Source: Horticoccus luteus (GTDB lineage: Bacteria; Verrucomicrobiota; Verrucomicrobiia; Opitutales; Opitutaceae). Taken from it: a stretch of DNA of 32,000 nucleotides. The DNA lies in assembly GCF_019464535.1 (NCBI RefSeq), contig NZ_CP080507.1, positions 1,620,001-1,652,000 on the forward strand, in the 5' to 3' direction. The notes beneath the pieces were generated by a model that was not told the origin of the DNA, searched no databases, and saw only the letters and a program-made list of their open reading frames with translations. Below, in pieces: positions 16,176 to 25,500 of the stretch; the stretch's first letter is position 1; each line of letters begins with the position of its first letter. A program made the translations under genes and the position numbers.

Positions 16176-18935
16176 TCACTCGCACCGCAGAGCTTCCATC
16201 GGATCAACTTTTGCCGCGCGCCGCGCTGGCAACCAGCAGGCGAGCAGAGCCACGGTGAACAGGAATGCCGTCACCACGGCAAACACCACCCCGCGAAACA
16301 TCATATCTCCCGCGAAGCCTGCGCCGGGGAGCGCCTTGCCAAGCAGAACCGCAAACGCCGTGCCCGCGCCGAGGCCCACCGCTGTGCCCCACGCCACGAG
16401 TCGCATTCCCTGGCGCACGAACAGCGCGGTGACCCGTTCCGCCGTCGCGCCGAGCGCCATGCGCACGCCGATTTCATGCACCCGTTGGTTCACACCAAAC
16501 GCCATCATCCCGTAAAGGCCGATGGTTGCCATGATCAGCGCCAAACCGCTCAAGACACTGCTGAACCGCGCAAACGCTCGAAATGGCCACAGGCTCCGGT
16601 CCACGATCGTCGCCAGTTTCTCCTTGAATTCCAGCGGCACGCCGGCTGCCGCCGCCATTCGTTCCACGCCAGGCAACACGGCGCGCGAATCCGTCTGCAA
16701 ACGCACGAGAATACTCCCGGACACGCGCTTTGCCGACGGAGGAAACCATAGCAGTTGTTTCCGGTCGTTTTGCGACCAGTTGTTCCGAATGCCGCCTGCC
16801 ACCCCGATGACTGCATACGGGCGGAAATTCTGGTTGGTCTCAGGAGCAGGTTGCCCGGATTCGCGGTCCAACGTCGCAACATCGACCGACAGAAACTTGC
16901 CCACGGCATCTTCTCCCGGCCACAAGCGTTCCGCGGCTGTTTCGCTCACGATCACAACATCCGCGCCATTTACCACTTCGCGCGGGGTAAAGGCGCGGCC
17001 GCGCAGCACGGGCACCCCGCACGTCTCGAAAAAGCCCGCCGAAACCCGGCTGTAGGCGAACCCTTGTGGTTTTCCGTCGGCAATTTTCACATTAATTCCC
17101 GAAAAATTGTCGCCCGGCTTGCGCATCGGAATCTCCGACACCAAGCACGCCGAAGCCACCCCGGGAAGCGTGCGCAGCGTTTCAATCGCCCCCAGAGGAT
17201 CCTGGGCCAACAGAGTCCCGGCACCAGCCGTGTCGGAGGCTTTCATCTGATAAACCCTCTCCATCGATAGACCCGAGTCGGAGCGGTCCATTTTCATGAG
17301 CTTGCCCGTCATAAGGCCTGAGACGGAGAGCAGCGTGAGACAGACCGCGACCTGACTAACGAGGAGAAGCGCACGCAAGCGCGGGGGAGTCATTTTCCGC
17401 CCCAATGCCGAACCCTCGCGCTTGAGCGCAAAGACGCCGTCGCGGCGCACCGAATGCAACGCCGGCACCAGTCCGGCCGTCAGCCCGGCGACCGCCGCCA
17501 AGAGCGCGCCAAAGCCAATGATCCGCCAGTCCAAGCCGATCTGAATCGTGCCCAGATAGTTTCGCACCTCGGGCAGATCGGCGAAGGCCGACATCGCTAT
17601 CGGCCGCAGCCCTTGCAGCGTCCAGATGGCCAGCAGCATCGCCGCGACCGCGCCCAATCCACAAAGAAGAAAATTCTCCGCGAAGAGCTGGCGCACGATG
17701 CGTCCGCGCCCCGCCCCGAGGGCCAGTCGCACTCCGATTTCGTGTTGGCGGGTGATTCCGCGAGCGAGGAAAAGGTTGGCCACGTTCAAGCAGGCGATCA
17801 CGAGAGTCAGAGCGAACCCCAGCAGGATGGGCGACATGGGCATCAGCACCTTCGTTAGGTACTCGGAGTCGACCAACATCATACCCGGGGCAAGGTGAAC
17901 CGAGGTGGGCCGCCTTTCCGCCGGGTATTGTTGCTCCAAACGTCGCGCGATCGCGTCCAGATCCGCTTTGGCCTGCGGCGGCGATACGCCCGCTTTCATG
18001 CGTCCCGTCAGCGAAACCAACGGCCGCAGGCGGTCGCCGAGCTCCGCCGGGTTTGCCGTCAAAGGTATCCAGGCCGCCGGAGTATCGGCCGACTGGCCTA
18101 GAAAACTCGGAGCGGCGACTCCGATGATCGTGTAGGCGGTCTCGCGTTTCTTGCCGTCTAAATCCCGGATCGCGAGCGTCGTGCCGAGCACCTTGGCGTC
18201 CTTATGCAGATGAGTCTCCCAAAACAGATGACTCAACACCATCACCGGTCGCCCGGAATGCAGACCTGCTTCTCCAGGCAGGAACCCACGTCCCAGCGCA
18301 ATCTCTCCGCCTAAGCCCGGGAAGTAGTTTCCTGAAACCGCCTGCAGCGAAATCCCCCTAGTCGTTGATTCCTGCGGCGAACCGATCACCGCCGGAGTCT
18401 CCTCCGGCAAATACGCCCTCAGCGGCGCGACCGCGACGATGTCGGAGAACGTCTGGGTGCCCGCACAATAATCGAGATAGTCCGGATAGGAAAAGCGCGG
18501 GTCGATCCGCCCGGGCACTTGTTCATTGCGCGCCTGAATATCGACGAGTTCGTTGGGCTGGCGACTCGGCAACGGCTGCAAGATGACAAAATCGTAGAAT
18601 GAAAACAAAGCCGCGTTCACTCCCATGCCGAGCGTGAGTGTCAGCACTGCGGTGAAAGTAACGCCCGGCGACTTCCTCATCATGCGCAGAGCGAAGCGCA
18701 GGTCTTGGAGTGTCTCGTCGAACCAACGCCATCCGCGCACATCCCGCGCCTGCTCTTTGATCTGCTCCACGCCGCCGAACGTGCGCAGTGCGGCGTAACG
18801 CGCTTCCTCGGGCGAAAGGCCCGCTGCGATGTTGCGTTCAGTCAACCCGTCGATGTGGGCTCGAATCTCCTCGGACATTTCGCGTTCGAGCCGGCGGCGC
18901 GCGAAGAGGGTGCTGAATCTGTTCCAGAGCTTCAT
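16176..18935 (-). CDS. Duplicated MacB/FtsX-like orphan permease (ADOP type), copy 1, 919 aa, with N-terminal permease-prefix domain
   Basis: ATG at 18935. The prefix is MKLWNRFSTLFARRRLEREMSEEIRAHIDGLTERNIAAGLSPEEARYAALRTFGGVEQIKEQARD. There are two FtsX modules (EIGVRLALGAGRGRIVRQLFAE and EIGVRMALGATAERVTALFVRQ). The C-terminus is AKVDPMEALRCE. Confidence 0.9.
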   Translation of the reverse strand: MKLWNRFSTLFARRRLEREMSEEIRAHIDGLTERNIAAGLSPEEARYAALRTFGGVEQIKEQARDVRGWRWFDETLQDLRFALRMMRKSPGVTFTAVLTLTLGMGVNAALFSFYDFVILQPLPSRQPNELVDIQARNEQVPGRIDPRFSYPDYLDYCAGTQTFSDIVAVAPLRAYLPEETPAVIGSPQESTTRGISLQAVSGNYFPGLGGEIALGRGFLPGEAGLHSGRPVMVLSHLFWETHLHKDAKVLGTTLAIRDLDGKKRETAYTIIGVAAPSFLGQSADTPAAWIPLTANPAELGDRLRPLVSLTGRMKAGVSPPQAKADLDAIARRLEQQYPAERRPTSVHLAPGMMLVDSEYLTKVLMPMSPILLGFALTLVIACLNVANLFLARGITRQHEIGVRLALGAGRGRIVRQLFAENFLLCGLGAVAAMLLAIWTLQGLRPIAMSAFADLPEVRNYLGTIQIGLDWRIIGFGALLAAVAGLTAGLVPALHSVRRDGVFALKREGSALGRKMTPPRLRALLLVSQVAVCLTLLSVSGLMTGKLMKMDRSDSGLSMERVYQMKASDTAGAGTLLAQDPLGAIETLRTLPGVASACLVSEIPMRKPGDNFSGINVKIADGKPQGFAYSRVSAGFFETCGVPVLRGRAFTPREVVNGADVVIVSETAAERLWPGEDAVGKFLSVDVATLDRESGQPAPETNQNFRPYAVIGVAGGIRNNWSQNDRKQLLWFPPSAKRVSGSILVRLQTDSRAVLPGVERMAAAAGVPLEFKEKLATIVDRSLWPFRAFARFSSVLSGLALIMATIGLYGMMAFGVNQRVHEIGVRMALGATAERVTALFVRQGMRLVAWGTAVGLGAGTAFAVLLGKALPGAGFAGDMMFRGVVFAVVTAFLFTVALLACWLPARRAAKVDPMEALRCE
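18793..18935 (-). repeat. Nucleotide-level repeat: 5' end (prefix domain) of permease copy 1, paralogous to 15963-16105
   Basis: See the partner entry at 15963-16105. Roughly 86 percent identity over 143 nt by hand alignment, much higher than in the rest of the two genes. Confidence 0.8.
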
Positions 18936-19035
18936 GAGGGGGATTTGTCCGCGGGGAGCGCGAGGCGGCGGCGTTGACTCGCGGTTTTGTTGTGAGGCTG
19001 ACTCCGTTCAGTCGGTTTCCGCCGACTGGGCTGGG

Positions 19036-19368
19036 CTAGGCTTGCGCGAGGACTTGATTGATCGCGGCGGTGATGCGCGACCAATGCTGCGTCTCCGCGT
19101 CGAGTTGTTTGCGGCCGGCGGCGGTCAGGCGGTAGAACCGGGCTTTGCGGTTGGATTCGGAGATGCCTTCCTCGGCCTTGATCCAGCCCTGCGCTTCGAG
19201 GCGGTAGAGGGCGGGATAGAGCGAACCTTGCTCCACGCGCAGGACCTCGTCGGACATCTGCTGGATGCGGTCGGCAATCGCCAGACCGTGCCGCGGTTCG
19301 AGTTGGAGCGCCTTCAGGATCAGCATGTCGAGGGTGCCGTAAACGAGATCGGGTTTTATCTTGGCCAT
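19036..19368 (-). CDS. PadR-family winged-helix transcriptional regulator (110 aa)
   Basis: [68 protein letters not shown] is the canonical PadR wHTH ([11 protein letters not shown]). It is followed by a C-terminal coiled helix ([22 protein letters not shown]). It is the first gene of the permease string. TAG at 19036-19038. Confidence 0.9.
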   Translation of the reverse strand: MAKIKPDLVYGTLDMLILKALQLEPRHGLAIADRIQQMSDEVLRVEQGSLYPALYRLEAQGWIKAEEGISESNRKARFYRLTAAGRKQLDAETQHWSRITAAINQVLAQA

Positions 19369-19392
19369 GGAAAGACGAGGGGAGGAGGCGCC

Positions 19393-19440
19393 GGCCTAGA
19401 TGGACTAGGCGAGAAGGAGCACGAAGCGGTTGGCCTAGAC
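19393..19440. promoter_or_regulatory. Candidate operator upstream of padR: CTAG-centred inverted repeat plus a direct repeat
   Basis: The inverted repeat is GCCTAG (19394-19399) N5 CTAGGC (19405-19410), centred about 34 nt upstream of the padR ATG. The 8-mer GGCCTAGA occurs at 19393-19400 and again at 19432-19439. Whether a protein binds here is inference only. Confidence 0.3.
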
Positions 19441-19600
19441 TGTCAAGGCGGGATTTGGATCTGAGGAATCCCGGCGTAAAGCCGCTCCTGCGCAAAGGCG
19501 GGAAAGCTTCACTGATGCGGGGTGAGGACACCCCGCCTACAGAAGACATGCGACGCGAGAGGTTGAAATCGGATGCGTCGGCGCAAAGGCTGGGCGACGC

Positions 19601-21601
19601 ATGAGCGAGACTTCGGTGAAGGCGGCGCGAGGACGGATGATTTGTGCGGTGCTGTTGATCGGCACGCTGCTGCTGTTCGCCCGTGCGTGGCGGCACGACT
19701 TCGTCAACTACGACGATCCCGACTACGTGACGAAGAACGTCCACGTGCAGGCCGGGCTTACGGCGGAGAGCGTGCGGTGGGCGTTTGCGACGAGCGATGT
19801 CTCCTACTGGCATCCGCTCACGTGGTTGTCGCACATGGCGGACTGGCAGCTTTACGGCGACCATCCGCACGGGCACCACGCGACGAGCATTTTGATTCAC
19901 GCGATCAACGCGGTGCTGGTGTTTCTGGTTTTCCGGCGGCTGACGGGGGCGACATGGGCGAGCGCGTTGTGCGCGGCGGTGTTTGCGTGGCATCCGTTGC
20001 GAGCGGAGTCGGTCGCGTGGGTGGCGGAGCGCAAGGATGTGCTCAGCGGTTTCTTCGCGCTGGCGACGTTGTGGGCTTACGCGGTGTTTGCGCAGCGGCG
20101 GCGGGACGCGGCGGCGGGGGCGTGGTGGTTTTATGGGGCGGCGCTGGCGTTGTTTGCCGGCGGATTGATGAGCAAGCCGATGCTGGTGACGCTCCCGGCG
20201 GTGTTGCTGATTCTGGATTGGTGGCCACTCGCGCGCGTGACGAAAAAGCGGTGGGTGGCATTGCTGGCGGAGAAGGTGCCGTTTGGCGTGCTGTCGCTCG
20301 CGGTGAGCGCGATCACGATTCACGCGCAGAGGGCGGTGGGCACGCTGTCGGAAGTGCTGCCGCCGGGGGCGCGGCTGGCGAACGCGGTGGTGGCGGTGGC
20401 GCGTTACGTGGGGAAGTTTTTCTGGCCGTTCGATCTTGCGGTGCTGTATCCGCATCCCGGTTTCTGGCCGGCGGGGCGGGTGGCGCTGGCGGTGCTGTTT
20501 TTCGTCGCGGTCACAGGTATCGCGCTATGGCAGATGCGGCGTCGGCCGTGGGTGCTGGCGGGGTGGTTGTTTTTTCTCGTCTCGTTGCTGCCGGCGAGCG
20601 GCGTGGTGCAGGTGGGCATTCAGTCCATGGCCGATCGCTACACTTATCTGACGATGATCGGTATCGCGGTGGCGGTGATCTGGACGGTGCGCGAGTGGGT
20701 CACGTCGCGCGGTGCGGCGGTGACGCTTGCGACGGTCGTGCTCGTGATGCTCGCGGCGCGCACGTGGAATCAACTCGCGGTTTGGCGCGACTCGCTGGCG
20801 TTGTTCGACCACACGCTGAAGGTGGCGCCGGCGGGGAATTATCTCGCTTACAACAACCGTGGGCTGGCGTTGTTTGCAGCCGGGCGAGTGGACGAGGCGT
20901 TGTCGGACTATCGGGAGTCGCTGGCGATCAACCCGACGTGGATGGAGGCGAACAACAATCTCGGCTACACCTTGGCGCAGACGGGGCATCCAGCGGAGGC
21001 GATCCCGTATTATCGGAAGGCGCTTGCGGCGAAGCCGGACCAGCCGGAGGTGCAGAATAATTTGGCGAATGCGTTGAGCGATGTGGGGCAGCTCGACGAG
21101 GCGGTGCGACTTTATGAAGCGGTGCTGGCGCGGCAGCCGGATCATGTGAACGCGCTTAACGGACTGGGCGTCACGCTCGCAATGCAGGGCCACTTGCCGG
21201 AAGCGGTGGCAAAGTTTGAGGCGGCGCTGCGAGTCGATCCGAACAGCGGCAGCGCGCACAGCAATCTCGGCAACGCCTTCGCCATCCTCGGGCGGCGCGA
21301 CGAAGCGATCGCGAGTTATCAGCGCGCGCTGGCGGTGCGACCCGACGACGCGCCAACGCTCAACACTCTCGCCAACGTGCTGGAGGCAGCCGGACGATGG
21401 CCGGAGGCGGTGGCGACCTATCGTCGCGCGATTGCATTCGCGGCGGTGAACCCGACCGCGCACGCGAATCTGGGCCATGCGCTGGCGCAGCTCGGCCAGC
21501 GGGACGAGGCGATCGCGGAGCTGCGGATCGCGTTGCAACAAAAGCCGGACGACGCGCAGGCTCGGGCGTGGCTGGCGGAATTGGAGCGCGCGAAAAACTG
21601 A
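19601..21601 (+). CDS. TMTC-like membrane protein: N-terminal polytopic GT-C-like (PMT/DUF1736-type) domain plus C-terminal TPR array, 666 aa
   Basis: ATG at 19601. The N-terminal half has about ten hydrophobic helices and an acidic first-loop motif (HDFVNYDDPDYVTKN) followed by WHPLTWLSHMADWQLYG. The C-terminal half has about eight 34-residue TPR units (NNLGYTLAQTGHPAEAIPYYRKALAAKPDQPEV, NNLANALSDVGQLDEAVRLYEAVLARQPDHVNA, and others). Confidence 0.85.
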   Translation: MSETSVKAARGRMICAVLLIGTLLLFARAWRHDFVNYDDPDYVTKNVHVQAGLTAESVRWAFATSDVSYWHPLTWLSHMADWQLYGDHPHGHHATSILIHAINAVLVFLVFRRLTGATWASALCAAVFAWHPLRAESVAWVAERKDVLSGFFALATLWAYAVFAQRRRDAAAGAWWFYGAALALFAGGLMSKPMLVTLPAVLLILDWWPLARVTKKRWVALLAEKVPFGVLSLAVSAITIHAQRAVGTLSEVLPPGARLANAVVAVARYVGKFFWPFDLAVLYPHPGFWPAGRVALAVLFFVAVTGIALWQMRRRPWVLAGWLFFLVSLLPASGVVQVGIQSMADRYTYLTMIGIAVAVIWTVREWVTSRGAAVTLATVVLVMLAARTWNQLAVWRDSLALFDHTLKVAPAGNYLAYNNRGLALFAAGRVDEALSDYRESLAINPTWMEANNNLGYTLAQTGHPAEAIPYYRKALAAKPDQPEVQNNLANALSDVGQLDEAVRLYEAVLARQPDHVNALNGLGVTLAMQGHLPEAVAKFEAALRVDPNSGSAHSNLGNAFAILGRRDEAIASYQRALAVRPDDAPTLNTLANVLEAAGRWPEAVATYRRAIAFAAVNPTAHANLGHALAQLGQRDEAIAELRIALQQKPDDAQARAWLAELERAKN

Positions 21602-21667
21602 GCGAGTGCCGCGCGCAGGCGCCGGCCGGAATCGTTCACTGCAAATCAAACAAGGCGTCGGCCACCG

Positions 21668-22594
21668 CTAGAGTTTGAACGCTCCGGTGCCACCGGCGTC
21701 GCCGGCGCGGATCGGAGGGCGGCGCAGATTCGGTGCAGTAAGGGCGGCGTAAGTGTCGGGGCGACGGTCGTTGGACATGTCGGTGCGCCAGACCCAGTCG
21801 CCGTCGCGCGTGAAACAGGTTGCGACGCGCGGCGCGTCGAGATCGATCTGGGCGAAGGCGATCCCGGGATGGCGGCCGGCGTCGGCGAGGATGGTGGCAT
21901 CGGGGCCGATGACGCTGCTGCGGCCGATGAGCATGCCGGGGCGCCAGGCGCGTTCGGGCGGGCAGCCATAGCAGACCGGCACGACATGCACGCCGTTGTG
22001 AATGGCGGGCGCGCGCAGAAGGACATCCATGAACTCGCCGCCCCAACCGCTCATGATGTGCGGCCAAAAAATAATTTCGGCGCCGTTGAGGGTGAGGCAG
22101 CGCGCGCTCTCGGGAAACGAATTGTCGTGGCAGATTTGCACGCCAATGCGCGCGCCCTTCACGTCGAAGACCGGCCATGTGTCGCCGGGGACGACGCCGA
22201 GTGCCTTTTCGTTTTCGATGCAGTGCACCTTGCAATACTGACCGGCGAGCTCGCCGCGTGCGTCGATCACGAGGGCGGCGTTGCGGAGAACATCGTCGAG
22301 GACGGCGAGCACGGGGGCGATGATCGCCATGTTGTGGCGGCGGGCGATCGGCGCGAAGCGGTTGAGCGTGGCGGCGAGGGCATCGCGCACAAGCGGTGTG
22401 GCGGTGGTGCGGGTGAGATCGAGGCCGACGACGTTGAAGGTTTCACCGAGGCAGGCGAGGTCGGCGCCGCGCTGTCCGGCTTGTTCGAGCCAGTGTTCGG
22501 CGGAGGTGAAACGTGCGGTCTGGCGATCGGGCGCGGGGCCGCTATCGGGCAGCGTGGGAAGTTGAACGGCGGCGATGGTGAGCGGGCGACTCAT
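21668..22594 (-). CDS. Carbon-nitrogen hydrolase (nitrilase superfamily) protein, 308 aa
   Basis: The ATG at 22594 gives MSRPLTIAAVQLP, the typical family N-terminus. Candidate E-K-C catalytic triad: Glu in DLACLGETFN, Lys in GQYCKVHC, Cys in GVQICHDNSFPE. Its ATG overlaps the TGA of the upstream giant gene (ATGA at 22594-22591 on the minus strand). Confidence 0.85.
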   Translation of the reverse strand: MSRPLTIAAVQLPTLPDSGPAPDRQTARFTSAEHWLEQAGQRGADLACLGETFNVVGLDLTRTTATPLVRDALAATLNRFAPIARRHNMAIIAPVLAVLDDVLRNAALVIDARGELAGQYCKVHCIENEKALGVVPGDTWPVFDVKGARIGVQICHDNSFPESARCLTLNGAEIIFWPHIMSGWGGEFMDVLLRAPAIHNGVHVVPVCYGCPPERAWRPGMLIGRSSVIGPDATILADAGRHPGIAFAQIDLDAPRVATCFTRDGDWVWRTDMSNDRRPDTYAALTAPNLRRPPIRAGDAGGTGAFKL

Positions 22595-25500
22595 GCGGAG
22601 AGGGGATTGAGGCGAAGGAGTTCGAGCGAGTGATCGGCGCGTTCGAGCAGGACGCGGGCGTCGTCGAGCGGGAGCAGGCGCACAACATCGTGCGCGACGG
22701 TCGCGCGCACGTTCCACGCGGCATCGAGACGGAGCAGAGCAGTGCGCGTGGCGACGAGCAGTTCGCCGGTGCTCGATGGTGCCAGGCCGACGACGGGATC
22801 GCCGCAATGGCGCGAGCGGATCACGCGACCGGTGGCGAGATCGACGGCGGTCACGAAGCCGTCGGCGCCGGCGGTAAACGCAGTGGGCGCGCCGGCGAGT
22901 TGCGCGAGGACGCAGGCGTGGAGGCTCATGCCGCCTTCGAGTTTCCAGAGCCAGTCTTGGCTTGTGGTCGAAAGAAGGCCGCAGCCAAGTTCGGTGGCGG
23001 CGAAGACGGCGCCGTCGGGTTCGCCGGGCAGGTCGACGAGGCCATAGGCGAGGGAGCGGCCGTTGAGAAACGGGATGACGCGGCGCAGCGCGCGGAACAT
23101 CGGTTGCAGGAAGCCGCCGAAACTGTGTTGGTGTCCGCTCGGCCCGGGACCGGGAACGCCCTCGTAAAACATCAGGCCGTGATTCCAGCCGCAGCGCGCA
23201 TAGATGTCGCCCGCGCGGGGACGGCCGGGCGGAATGACGAGGAGATTGTTGACCCACGGCCCGTCGCAAAAACTGTGACCGGCGACGTGGCCGTCGGCGT
23301 CGAGAAACACGACGATGCCGTAACCGCCGACGACGAGGGAGCCGCGGCCGGCGGCGTCGCGGTGCCAGATGGCGAGCGTGTGGATGGCGTTGAACCAGCC
23401 GAAGAGGCAGTCTTGGCGCTGGCGAAATTCTTCGGCGAGGTGGAGGTGGCGGCGGGGCGAACCGTCGGCGTTGAAAATGAGGAGTTCGCCGCCGAGGAGG
23501 CCGACGCAGAGGGCGGGCGGTTCAGCGGCGTCGAGAATTTGCGCGGAGATATGCGTGACGGAAGTCGGGAGTGTCGTGCGCCAGAGTTCGCCGCCATCGT
23601 CGCGCAGGACGACGAGTTCGAGGGCGGCGTTGACGAGGGCGATTTCGGCGCGGCCGTCGCCGTTGAGATCGGCGGTGAGCCAGGACTCGACGGCGGGGAT
23701 TTCGGTTTCGTCGCCGAGCACTTCGAGGCGGTGGAGGACGAAGGGGCGGCCATCGGCAGGCGCAGGGATGCGGATGTGCAGGGCGCGGGCGGTGGTGCCG
23801 ACGGCGGCGGTGTGCGTTTCGAGACGGTTCTCGGCATCGCGGTAGCGTTTGTAACGGCGATCAGGAGCGGGCACGACCGAGACAGTGCGCGATTCGGCGT
23901 CGGGTGAATCGACGGTCACCGTGATACCTTCAGGCAATGGGTTGAACGTGCGAAGACTCGGATCGTCGAGGCAGTCGCCGAGGAGGTTGAGCGTGCGCAC
24001 CGGGCGCGGTTTCGGAAAGGTGAGCGTAAAATCATAGTGCGCGGCGGCGGGCCAGAGACGCCAGGTCTCGCGCGAGTAGCCGTCGGGCATGACGGGATCG
24101 AGAAGCTGGTCGGGCGCACCATCGATCGGCAGCGGGTGCGCGGTGACGCAGACATCGCGCACGCGCGTGGGAAGACGTGTGCCGGGATCGTAGGTCCAAA
24201 CGGAGGACGCACCGGGTGTCTCGGCGACGGTGGCGGGAGCGGGGCGAGCGCGGAGGACCGGACGCAATGAGTGCAGCCAGAGGGAAATGGCGTCCGAAAA
24301 AGCGGCGCAGCTTGCGGCGGAAAGGTGGAGCGTGGCGGGATGATCTTCGCGGAGCGCGAGCGTGGTGCTCGCACCGGCGAGGGAGACGCGGACGTCGGCG
24401 GACGCGCGGCCGGGGGCGTCGAATTGGAGAACGAGTTCGTGCGTGGTGAGATCGAGGCGCGCGCTCACCGGGGCGGAGGCAGCGAAGTCCAGTTGCAGAG
24501 CGCCGAGAGTGAAGGCGGTGGCGCCGGCAAAGGTCAGGGAGGTGGCGTTGACGCACGCGCTGACGGCGGCGGCGGTGGCGCCGGGCAGCCAGTGGGTGGC
24601 GGCGTCGAGTTCGACGGCGCACCAGGCGTGCGGAGCTCCGTTGCAGAGCGCGAGCGCGGCGCGTTCATCGAGGCGTTGAAGATCGAAGGTCTCGAGATCG
24701 GTCTGCGCGCGGACGTAAAAGAGATTTTGGAACGACGCTTCGTCGCCGGTGCGGTGGGCGCCGGCGCGGCGTTGCCGGAGCACGAACGGCGCGCAGGCGC
24801 CTTGGTCGAATTCCTCGTCGCTGGTGGAGGAGAGACGATCGCTGGCGACGAGGGTGAAGCGGTGCCGGCCTTGATCGCTGTGCCAGCGGCGGCCGTGCTT
24901 TTCGGCGTAGTTGGGCGTGCGCCACGTGCAGGTCAGCGAATAGTCGCCATCGGCGGTGAACGCGACGCGGTCGATCACGACGAAGACGCCGCCGCCGAGT
25001 TTCGACCAGAAGAGATGACGGGTCCACGTGGTGTGGTGATATTCGGACAAGCGCGTGACGGTGAGGGCGAACGCGCGGAAGTCGGCGGTGGCGACGCGTT
25101 CGGCGATGGGCGGCATCGGCGTGTCGTTGCGCCCATCGCTGATGAGGAGGCCGTTCTTGTCGTTGAACGAATGGCGGGAGGTGTTTTGAACGAGAAACAC
25201 GTGGCCGTGCTGGTAGAAGCGGACGATGGCGTTGGCGGCCTGCATGTGGCCCTGCCAGCGAAAGCCGCCCTGGTAGCCCTGAATCATGAGGTAGGCGTCG
25301 GCCCGCGCGAAGCCGGCGCGCAGAACGATTTTGTCGAAGCCGCGCGACTGCGGGAGGTGATTGAGACCGATGGCTTCGGGGAGTTGCCACGTCTCGGCGG
25401 CGTTGACCATGTGGCCGGAGAATTCGATGTGCTCGGGGGGATGATTGCTGAGCGCGAGTTGGTGATCCGTGACCGGCAGGACGTGGACGGCGCGGGCCGT

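Noticed and set aside
19381-19408. A Shine-Dalgarno-like GGGGAGGAGG on the plus strand followed by an ATG at 19400.
   Set aside because: The ATG is followed by GAC TAG, so the frame has only two codons. The purine run is the complement of the padR leader.
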